Sequence record: ON075799
Source: Escherichia phage vB_EcoM_TH18
Strand: one strand, 5' to 3'
Length of the DNA: 64,000 nt
Shown piece after piece: positions 56,548 to 64,000 of the stretch. Each line of letters begins with the position of its first letter. Position 1 is the stretch's first letter. The notes below the pieces were generated by a model. It saw only the letters and a program-made list of their open reading frames with translations, searched no databases and was not told where the DNA came from. Position numbers and translations under genes: made by a program.

Positions 56548-57113
56548 CCAACTTTTATCCTTTGTAATTCCTCAACTGTAGAGGCTGAAAGCACTTGGTC
56601 TTTCATTTCTCGTTGCTTAGTGTATATTGAATCATTCTTAGTTGCCAACTCGGAAGACATAGCTACAACAAAATTTTCAAATTCAGAACTACTCATCTCA
56701 ACAGGTTTGTTATCAGCATCTCTCCAAATCACAGCTTGTTTAGCCGGAGATGCTTTTTGTGCTAATAATACTGGATAAATACGACATAAGGTTGCATTAT
56801 CAACATCATACCTTGCACCATTATAAGAAACAATAGTCGTAGAGCTTTCTTCCAGTTTTCTCCACTCTTTTATTTCTGATAACATCTGTTGCTTTAATGC
56901 CTCGATAAATTGAGGGTTTGCTGTATACGGGGCAATCTCTCCAAAACTACCAGATTGTAAGGAATCCCAAACTGCTTTCCCAGTTTCACTATAGTCGTTG
57001 CTAGAAGCGGTGTATGGGAGATAATCAGAAAAACCATTAAAAAGTACCAGACAATCAACGTCACCATTAAGAAGATATTGTGGAGACTTAATATCTTTAA
57101 TATCCAGCATCAT
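56541..57113 (-). CDS. hypothetical protein (fiber-associated)
   Basis: 190 aa between two fiber genes. Confidence 0.4.
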   Translation of the reverse strand: MMLDIKDIKSPQYLLNGDVDCLVLFNGFSDYLPYTASSNDYSETGKAVWDSLQSGSFGEIAPYTANPQFIEALKQQMLSEIKEWRKLEESSTTIVSYNGARYDVDNATLCRIYPVLLAQKASPAKQAVIWRDADNKPVEMSSSEFENFVVAMSSELATKNDSIYTKQREMKDQVLSASTVEELQRIKVGW

Positions 57114-58360
57114 GCGATCCTCATAAAAAGACCAATATAACCTGTATCAGTACCATTTTTATTGCTTGGTGAACCGGATAAGGCTATAAACGTACCTCGC
57201 TGTGTTTCAGTACTGTGTGTAACAGAAACTGGCGTACTTTGAAATGCACCTGTTGTGGAAACCTTACTATAAAGAGTTATACAGCCTATGCGGGAACCTG
57301 GGATGGTCTGACCACGAACAAGTTTTCTGTTTGAATCAGTGTTCGAAGCGCCAAGATACACTCCCAACATCACCCCTCCAACATCAGGACTTCCCCATGT
57401 GTTTCCTACGGTTGATTGTAAATAGGAGAATTGTCCTTTTATATTTACCCAATCACCATCAGCAAAACTGGTTAGTAAGCGATAATAATACAATTCACCA
57501 TTTATGCCATAAAAATAGGCATGTTTACTATTTTTTGCTGCTTGCTCTGCATTCTCTGCTGGATATGGTGACAATACCTCAACCATACCTTTAAAAGTAA
57601 TCCCTTCAATAATACGTGTGTCACCTGAAGATAAATCTTGGTGAACAAGGTAACGACCAGGTTGTGCACTTCTCAACCAAGAAACCCATTCCTCTGGCCC
57701 ATTCTTCTCTTGAAAAACAACTTCTTTCTCGGCAGGGATAAACGCCCCAAAACCAAATGCCCCTGGTAAAGATACTACCCCATCTGTGGCATCATAGATA
57801 TCGTTTTGTACACCTTTTGTGGCAGCGGTTTTTATACCCAAGTAATCAAGAACCCCAGTTTTTGAATCTTGCCCTATGATAACTCGACCAACAGCAGAGA
57901 GATTTGCCAAAGCCATTACGTTTTTATCACTGAAATAAGCTAATTTATTTCCAGCAGTAATCAATCCTGACAAAGATGTCAGTATTTCACTCAACGGTTG
58001 TTTACCAGCAAGAGCGTTAGTGATTGTTGTTGCAAAGTTCGGGTCATCGCCTAATGCCTTCGCTAATTCATTGAGAGTATCTAATGTTTCAGGCGCTGAG
58101 TCAGCCAATTTTGCAATTAAACCCTTCACATATTCTACATTAGCTATTTCCTTTCCAATAGCATCATCCAACGGTGTTGGTGCTTGAGGGTTCCCTGTAA
58201 AGATAGGACTGTCTAAAGGAGCTTTGGATGCAATAAGATCCGTTATATCTTCTGGAATATTCCCACCACCCAACTCATCAAAATTTATTTTCTTTCCTGT
58301 TTTCTGGTCAACCAATGCACGACCATAAATTAAACCACCAACACCTGTTGTTGCTGTCAT
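57110..58360 (-). CDS. fiber protein
   Basis: 'DSPIFTGNPQAPTP' motif and a copy of the PGAFG...PGRY domain. Confidence 0.55.
   Translation of the reverse strand: MTATTGVGGLIYGRALVDQKTGKKINFDELGGGNIPEDITDLIASKAPLDSPIFTGNPQAPTPLDDAIGKEIANVEYVKGLIAKLADSAPETLDTLNELAKALGDDPNFATTITNALAGKQPLSEILTSLSGLITAGNKLAYFSDKNVMALANLSAVGRVIIGQDSKTGVLDYLGIKTAATKGVQNDIYDATDGVVSLPGAFGFGAFIPAEKEVVFQEKNGPEEWVSWLRSAQPGRYLVHQDLSSGDTRIIEGITFKGMVEVLSPYPAENAEQAAKNSKHAYFYGINGELYYYRLLTSFADGDWVNIKGQFSYLQSTVGNTWGSPDVGGVMLGVYLGASNTDSNRKLVRGQTIPGSRIGCITLYSKVSTTGAFQSTPVSVTHSTETQRGTFIALSGSPSNKNGTDTGYIGLFMRIA
58173..58213. repeat. 41-bp exact DNA repeat (copy 2) shared with 35514..35554
   Basis: identical 41-mer inside second fiber gene. 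Confidence 0.8.
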
Positions 58361-58389
58361 TGCTTAACTCCTTGAAAAAAAAAAACATT

Positions 58390-58899
58390 TTATGATGCTT
58401 CTAATTCAGATTTAAGATCAGCAATCATCTTTTCAAAGGATTTGTTTTTAGTTAGTGTAACACCTTTAGAAAGTGCAAACTCAACTAATCTATCTTTACT
58501 ACCTTTTTTATCAGCTTCATCATTCAGAGACATTGCTTCCTCTAAAATCAGATCAATAGATAGATTTTCTTTATCAGCCTTTTTATCTTGCACTTCTACA
58601 ATCTTGGCATCAACTACCTTACCCAAGTTTTTCGGACTAGGGATATCTTTGTTGAAGAACACGATATAAGATCCCATACGAATAGTAGAGTGCTGTGCAT
58701 CAACATCTAAACCAGACAGCTCTGCAAGAGCAGTGAAAAACTCAACAGTGTTTCTGAATGCTTTGTGTTGTGTTCCCACACATAAACCGTTCAAAGGTAG
58801 TCTTGCTGAGACCGCTGCATTTAATTGCGGGGCGTATGCACCAAAAAACTTAAATAATTCCACCTTATTAGGGAAAATACGATAATTTTGATTCGCCAT
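58390..58899 (-). CDS. hypothetical protein
   Basis: 169-aa ORF downstream of capsid gene. Confidence 0.45.
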   Translation of the reverse strand: MANQNYRIFPNKVELFKFFGAYAPQLNAAVSARLPLNGLCVGTQHKAFRNTVEFFTALAELSGLDVDAQHSTIRMGSYIVFFNKDIPSPKNLGKVVDAKIVEVQDKKADKENLSIDLILEEAMSLNDEADKKGSKDRLVEFALSKGVTLTKNKSFEKMIADLKSELEAS

Positions 58900-58980
58900 A
58901 AAATCTCCTTTTATTCCTTAGTAAAAACCACTTCACACCACAGGATAAGCGGCTATTATTAAGGCCGGAATGTGAAAAAA

Positions 58981-59004
58981 GGGGAGGTGATAATTCACCT
59001 CCCC
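58981..59004 (-). terminator. strong intrinsic terminator after major capsid gene
   Basis: 10-bp stem GGGGAGGTGA-TAAT-TCACCTCCCC followed by T6 on minus strand. Confidence 0.65.
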
Positions 59005-59030
59005 TCATTAGAGGTAGCATTTAAGCTATC

Positions 59031-60044
59031 TTATTCGAAAGTACCAGTAGAACGTACAACCAGTTCAGGACGGGTGTTAACCGTCAAGAAGGAAGTTTCA
59101 GATTCAACTTTCTCTTCACGCAGATATGCAGAAGATTTGTACCACAGATACAGTTCTTCAGCTACAGTGTTTGCTTCACGAGCATCATCTGCCGGAGCAT
59201 AATGGATCTGGAACATATCATCAATACCTTGCGGCAGGATGTATGCTTCACCATCTGGGATATATCCAGAGATGTCTTCAATGTAGGTTACGTTCTTGTG
59301 AACAAACATACGGTTGTTGGCATTCTCAGAACCCATACCCAGACGACGACGCAGCGGCTCTTGGGTAGAAGAATAATACTGGTATGCATTCATGATCAGC
59401 GGATGGGCGATCAGAGCAGAGAACCATTTACGAGAAGCCAGAACAATGATATTGTAGTTATTACCGTTATCACCTGCATTGTCGATGATGTATGCGCGAG
59501 CGTCTTTCTCAATCAGGTCAGACGGGTCAACCGCAACATCTGTGAAGTTGATATTGGCAGTGTGCTGGGTAACTCCCCACTCAGTAAAGTAGTTGTACTG
59601 TGCGGTAGGATCTTGTGGAGACCATGATTTACCCATGATTGCCTGAACCATTGCTTTTTCTTTCAGTTGTTCATGAGAAACGCGAATACGCTTAACTACG
59701 CGAGCAACTACGTCTTCAACAGTTCTAGGAGCGTCCGTAGTGAAGTATTTACGGAAGTTCTGAACATCTGCCGCAGTGATCTGACGATCCAGAGGGAAGA
59801 ACGGAATGTTGAAGTTCTTGATTTGGGCTTTTTCACTACCAACATAGTTACGTTCTCCACCACGACGACGTGCAGGAATATCCGCAACAATTTCGTCAAC
59901 ACGCTCAACACGAGCAATTGTGGTTTCACCATGATAAGCGGTGAACAGATCCATGTTGGTAATCAGGCGATACTGACGTGGAACAAGTTCCAGTGCTGCG
60001 CCAAGGTTTACGATTTGAAAGTCGTTAGTCTGTACTGCTGCCAT
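59031..60044 (-). CDS. major capsid protein (lambda gpE-like head module)
   Basis: 337 aa, preceded by decoration/scaffold-like genes, followed by strong terminator. Confidence 0.5.
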   Translation of the reverse strand: MAAVQTNDFQIVNLGAALELVPRQYRLITNMDLFTAYHGETTIARVERVDEIVADIPARRRGGERNYVGSEKAQIKNFNIPFFPLDRQITAADVQNFRKYFTTDAPRTVEDVVARVVKRIRVSHEQLKEKAMVQAIMGKSWSPQDPTAQYNYFTEWGVTQHTANINFTDVAVDPSDLIEKDARAYIIDNAGDNGNNYNIIVLASRKWFSALIAHPLIMNAYQYYSSTQEPLRRRLGMGSENANNRMFVHKNVTYIEDISGYIPDGEAYILPQGIDDMFQIHYAPADDAREANTVAEELYLWYKSSAYLREEKVESETSFLTVNTRPELVVRSTGTFE

Positions 60045-60067
60045 TTATAAATTCTCCTTGATGCAAA

Positions 60068-60490
60068 TTAGCTGATAGCCGTTACTTTAATATCTTCAGA
60101 ACCATCGTAATATTTATCGGTGATTTTCAGACCTCTTGCCTCAAGAGCTTTAATAGCAGTCTCGTCAATTCCAGTAGAACCATCAGAGAACACAATCTTG
60201 GACTTATTCAGAGTAAGGCCACGAACAGCAACAACAAAATTATATTTAGTTCCTACTTGGAACGGGGTAACAGGTTCGTATGCAGGTACAAGGTCATGGT
60301 CAACCAGAACACCATAAGCCTGAGCAGCATCACCAGATGCAGCCAGAGTACCGTCTTCTTTAACGATCATACCAGCTTTCATACCTGCTGCGTACTGAAT
60401 CTCCATTTCCTTGAAGCTATAGCCTTGGTCAGAAGAATCAACTTTACCCAGTACAATGTCAGAGTAGAAACCTTGAATTGGATTAGCCAT
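60068..60490 (-). CDS. head decoration-like protein
   Basis: 140 aa immediately upstream of capsid gene. Confidence 0.4.
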   Translation of the reverse strand: MANPIQGFYSDIVLGKVDSSDQGYSFKEMEIQYAAGMKAGMIVKEDGTLAASGDAAQAYGVLVDHDLVPAYEPVTPFQVGTKYNFVVAVRGLTLNKSKIVFSDGSTGIDETAIKALEARGLKITDKYYDGSEDIKVTAIS

Positions 60491-60508
60491 TTATTTAATC
60501 TCCTCGAA

Positions 60509-61510
60509 TTACGCGTTCATTGCAGCCGCTTCGCGTGCACGGGCGCGAGCTTTTTCTACGTTGGCTTTCAGAATATCTTCAGCAGACTTATTAATATCGT
60601 CTGTAGTAGCTTCAGCACCGGAACCATGTTCAGCAGTAGCAAATTCTTTTTTCACAGTTTCAACTTCTTCTTCAAGCTCTTTAATACGAGCTTGTGCTTT
60701 TTCCAGAATAGCCACCATGGGTGCATTAGCTTTCTCGATAATGAAATTAGCCAGTGCTTCATGATCAGAGTCAGCAGCGAAAGTGAAAGTTTTTGCTTTA
60801 TTCAGAGCTTCTTTCTTTTCCACTTCAACAGCAGCTTTGATAATTTCATCAGCTTTAGCAGCTTTGGCTTCAGCTTCTTCTAATTTTTTAACCAGATCCA
60901 GATATTCCTGAGATTTGGTCACATCAACATTATTAGACACTGAGGTCTCCTCTTTTTTCTTGGATTTATCAACTACAGGATTTGAACCTGCTTCTTTGAC
61001 GACCCCAGTCACCTGGAGATCTTTATCATCACCCTCTACGAAAGTGATTCCTAATTCTGCAACACCTTTTTCAAACAATTGTTGTAATTTTAACAACTCA
61101 TATTGCTTAGCGAGATCTAATTCTTTACCTTCGTGAGCAGCTTTAGCAATTGTTATTGCTTGCACGCGTTCTTCAAGAAATTCTTGATGTTGTGCATTCC
61201 ACGCCACAATAAATTCATCATCAGGGTTTTGCGCCGCATCGTATTCAAGTTCAGTTTCAAAACCAAGAAGTTTTGCCAGCAGTTCTGCATCATCATGCCA
61301 CATGTAGAAGAATCTACGCAGAAATTCTTCAAAGCTCATGGTAACAGTTACTTGCTGTAGGGCTTTGATAACGTCTTTAGTAAGCTGCTCTGGTTTAAGA
61401 TCAGACTTCATAAGAAGTGACACTGGTCTTAAATTAGCAGAATACCCTTGAAGCTCATGACACAGTGCAATACCCTTCTCCTTAATGGCTTTGGCCTTTA
61501 CAATTGTCAT
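60509..61510 (-). CDS. scaffolding protein
   Basis: 333 aa, Ala/Glu/Lys-rich coiled coil ('EEAEAKAAKADEIIKAAVEVEKKEA'). Confidence 0.5.
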   Translation of the reverse strand: MTIVKAKAIKEKGIALCHELQGYSANLRPVSLLMKSDLKPEQLTKDVIKALQQVTVTMSFEEFLRRFFYMWHDDAELLAKLLGFETELEYDAAQNPDDEFIVAWNAQHQEFLEERVQAITIAKAAHEGKELDLAKQYELLKLQQLFEKGVAELGITFVEGDDKDLQVTGVVKEAGSNPVVDKSKKKEETSVSNNVDVTKSQEYLDLVKKLEEAEAKAAKADEIIKAAVEVEKKEALNKAKTFTFAADSDHEALANFIIEKANAPMVAILEKAQARIKELEEEVETVKKEFATAEHGSGAEATTDDINKSAEDILKANVEKARARAREAAAMNA

Positions 61511-62196
61511 TCGTCCTCTTCCTCTGTTTCATCTAGATAACCCAGACATTCGATACCGAAATCAACATCTGTTATTTCTCCTGTTGCTGTGTCCACACGC
61601 CCAGAGCACTGGATGCTTAAACCACCAACAACATTTGCTTTTTTCAAATTCCACAAATCAGGATCATTATACTTAACCTTGGCTACCCATGTTCCTGCTT
61701 TAATTATCTGTTCCGTCCCAATGACCACAACATCCAGTTCTTCTTGAATCCAAGTTTTTTCAATAGTGAATGCATCAGTCTCGCTAAGATGGAATAAATT
61801 TTCTTTCACCAAACCAGCAGCGAGTGCCTTATCGTAGGATTCTTTTGCCTTTACTATCGTTTCAGGAGACATCCACTCTCCATGGGCATCCTTAGTATTT
61901 GGCTCATAAATAACCTCATAAGAGATCATTTGTTCCGCATCTTTTTGGATATTAACTACAGATGTTTCTTTATTAAGACTCTTTTTAATATTTAGAGATA
62001 AAACTCTCTCAGAAGCCTTTTCTACAGAGATTCCTGGAGAATGGCCTGAAGCAATCAGGCCATTAGCGATATTCAGTATCTTGCTCTTTTGAACAAGAGA
62101 CAGATCAGATACTGATGAAGGAAGGTCTTTAATGCTTTTAAATTTCATTATTTCCCCATTAACAGTTATTTTAACATCGTTCTTTTTCTTTTGCAA
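61507..62196 (-). CDS. putative prohead protease/head morphogenesis protein
   Basis: 229 aa between portal and scaffold; no catalytic motif confirmed. Confidence 0.35.
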   Translation of the reverse strand: MQKKKNDVKITVNGEIMKFKSIKDLPSSVSDLSLVQKSKILNIANGLIASGHSPGISVEKASERVLSLNIKKSLNKETSVVNIQKDAEQMISYEVIYEPNTKDAHGEWMSPETIVKAKESYDKALAAGLVKENLFHLSETDAFTIEKTWIQEELDVVVIGTEQIIKAGTWVAKVKYNDPDLWNLKKANVVGGLSIQCSGRVDTATGEITDVDFGIECLGYLDETEEEDE

Positions 62197-62217
62197 GTTA
62201 TTTCAGAAGGTTGGGTG

Positions 62218-63759
62218 TTAATTCTCTAAATTAGAAACAGAATTATCCCTCACTGTTGATATTTTTGATGTTCCGTTACCTGTTGACCCCGGAGTCATCC
62301 CATCCCCAGAACGACTTACATCCTGACCAAGAATTTGCAACAACTCCTCAAGATCCATATCTTCTGGGATTTCTTCGTCAAAACCACCAACCTCAAGAAT
62401 TTTATTAATAACTGTAGGTGTTTTAGGCAAATATCCAACAGCACCGATACGCTGAACAAATTTAGAGAATCCTTCCATATCAACTTCTTGAATAAGCCCA
62501 GGTTTTAATCTTGGCATATCTTCGTCAGATAATCTTATATCATTCAAAGCAAGAAGTTGGGGTATTAAGTTCTTATTGAACGCCTCGGTAATAATATCAA
62601 TATCTCTCTGGACAAAATGACCATGGATAGTTTGTTTTGATTCTGAAAGATTATAAGATCCCTGCCCGTCGTTACCTAAGTTAATAAACCCAGCACCAAA
62701 GCGATCAAGAATAGCCTTCTTACGAGAATTAACAAGCTCTTGAGTGCTGTATTGTTTACCTGCCCCATCTATCCCTTTGAGAGACATTTCATATTGTTTA
62801 CCACCTTGGTTATTGAGATCAGATGGTAAAATAAAGTAGGCTTGTTCTCCAGCATGTGCGTTAGCAGCATCTGCCATTAGTCCTTGCACCATAGCAGCTT
62901 CTGGTGATGTTGGGTCTATTGCTGCTTTATTAAGGATCTGGGAAGGTATTTTAAGTTCTATGATGCCACCAAGATCTTTAGATGCCCCAATAGTCTCCAA
63001 ATTTTCTATAAGGATCTTCTCTCGGAATGCCCTATAACAACCTACTAACGGTGATACCCCAGCCGGGTTGGATTCCGTACCTCCCAAACTCATTATCATC
63101 AACTTATTAACTGGAATAAAAACATCATCACCATTAGTTAATTTACGGATAATGCTTAAAGTGTCACCTAGCATTCCGTTTTGTAAATTAGAGAAAGCCA
63201 AACTGCTTTGGTTAATGCCCTTCAGCGTCTTGCCATCGGCATCAAATACCCAAGGCTTTGATCTGGAAAGACTGCACTGCGGCCTGAATGCAATTTTATC
63301 AATCGTAATATACCCAGCATACCTTGAAGTATCTGGCTCAGTACGATAAACTTTTTCAAATATCGAAAACCCATACTCATTGAACGTTGCTGCGCTTCTG
63401 GCTATATCACGCAGAGTTTGTTGATTAGCAAGATTCTTCAGTGCATACTCCACAAACTCAGCAGCTTTCTTAGATTTTCTGCTATCTCTGTTATACAAGA
63501 TTTTAAAATCATTGAATGCTTTGGTTACAAAGACATATTTTGTATCAAGGGCTGTGGAAACTGTGTGGTCTTGCTTCATGGCTTCAACAGTGGCGATGAA
63601 ATTAGGCCATCTCAACTCCTTAACTTTCATAATCTCTGATTCAGCCCTAAGTTGAGAAAGAGCACCAGAGCCTAACTCCCCAGTGCGAAGACGACTAACA
63701 GCAAGTCTCTCATTACCTGCTTTAGAAATCTCTTCTTGTTGTGCAAATCTTGTTGACAC
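62218..63759 (-). CDS. portal protein
   Basis: 513 aa, first gene of head module downstream of terminase fragment. Confidence 0.5.
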   Translation of the reverse strand: MSTRFAQQEEISKAGNERLAVSRLRTGELGSGALSQLRAESEIMKVKELRWPNFIATVEAMKQDHTVSTALDTKYVFVTKAFNDFKILYNRDSRKSKKAAEFVEYALKNLANQQTLRDIARSAATFNEYGFSIFEKVYRTEPDTSRYAGYITIDKIAFRPQCSLSRSKPWVFDADGKTLKGINQSSLAFSNLQNGMLGDTLSIIRKLTNGDDVFIPVNKLMIMSLGGTESNPAGVSPLVGCYRAFREKILIENLETIGASKDLGGIIELKIPSQILNKAAIDPTSPEAAMVQGLMADAANAHAGEQAYFILPSDLNNQGGKQYEMSLKGIDGAGKQYSTQELVNSRKKAILDRFGAGFINLGNDGQGSYNLSESKQTIHGHFVQRDIDIITEAFNKNLIPQLLALNDIRLSDEDMPRLKPGLIQEVDMEGFSKFVQRIGAVGYLPKTPTVINKILEVGGFDEEIPEDMDLEELLQILGQDVSRSGDGMTPGSTGNGTSKISTVRDNSVSNLEN

Positions 63760-63774
63760 GAATTATCCCCTCTG

Positions 63775-64000
63775 TTATATTCTTTTATACAAGGTAGGAG
63801 CTACAATTTTTGGAATAACAACAGGTTTGACTATTTCTTCTTTTTCAAGATAATTTATCCCAGAAGAAATGGCGTCGACCCAATCGTCTTTTCTTGTCGT
63901 TGTACTCCTTTCCCCATTGAACTTTTCAAGCTCTGTCATAAGGGCTTCATAAGTTTTAGGATCAAAACTATCACGAACTATTCTCACCATACCTGCTTGA
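63775..64000 (-). CDS. 3' end of a larger gene truncated by window edge (likely terminase large subunit C-terminus)
   Basis: reading frame open to position 64000; '...RKDDWVDAISSGINYL' ; position upstream of portal. Confidence 0.4.
   Translation of the reverse strand, partial: QAGMVRIVRDSFDPKTYEALMTELEKFNGERSTTTRKDDWVDAISSGINYLEKEEIVKPVVIPKIVAPTLYKRI

Noticed and set aside
919-62000. Many ORF-track entries antisense to or nested in long genes (e.g. 919..1137, 1011..1241, 33142..33405, 34632..35102, 48351..48596, 60257..60883)
   Set aside because: They lie on the opposite strand of, or out of frame within, well-supported long genes, lack RBS, and have low-complexity or odd composition; treated as non-coding shadows.
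1-64000. tRNA genes, CRISPR arrays, integrase/repressor (lysogeny module)
   Set aside because: Intergenic regions were inspected by eye: no cloverleaf-like segments with T-loop GTTCRANYC motifs, no repeat-spacer arrays, and no recombinase or CI-like ORFs were seen. tRNAscan or a profile search could still find something missed.

Overview
This 64-kb window is a segment of a virulent tailed-phage genome (myovirus-type tail genes; AT-rich apart from one GC-richer island; host probably Enterobacteriaceae, inferred from that island). All calls rest on reading motifs and gene order by eye; no database search or folding was run. Three transcription blocks are visible. (1) A short leftward block (134-3296, minus) carries a vWA/HExxH-metallopeptidase-like protein, a Lar-like zinc ribbon and a possible homing-endonuclease-like gene. 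(2) A long rightward early/middle block (3426-32131, plus) carries a CobS/MoxR-like AAA+ ATPase, a truncated SpoT/Mesh1-like HD protein, a macro-domain protein, an Rnl2-type RNA ligase, a secreted SleB-like cell-wall hydrolase, rIIA (GHKL ATPase) and rIIB, a Dda-like helicase, a C5-methyltransferase-like protein, a T7 gp4-like primase-helicase interrupted by an intein, a T7 gp5-like DNA polymerase split into three exons by two group I introns (one with an HNH ORF), a GC-richer island of small paralogous genes including one with an A9 frameshift site, and an SSB behind a near-consensus sigma70 promoter. (3) A leftward late block (32187-64000, minus) carries tail fibers/tailspikes, a membrane-protein cluster, baseplate, tape measure, chaperones, tube, sheath, neck proteins, a second fiber set, and a lambda-like head module ending in a terminase fragment at the window edge. 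I found no tRNA, CRISPR array, integrase or repressor. The most interesting candidates are a plus-strand moron with its own promoter and terminator inside the fiber region, the membrane-protein cluster among the fiber genes, the intein and introns, the frameshift gene, and a possible anti-defence set (alarmone-hydrolase-like HD, macro domain, RNA ligase, anti-restriction-like proteins).
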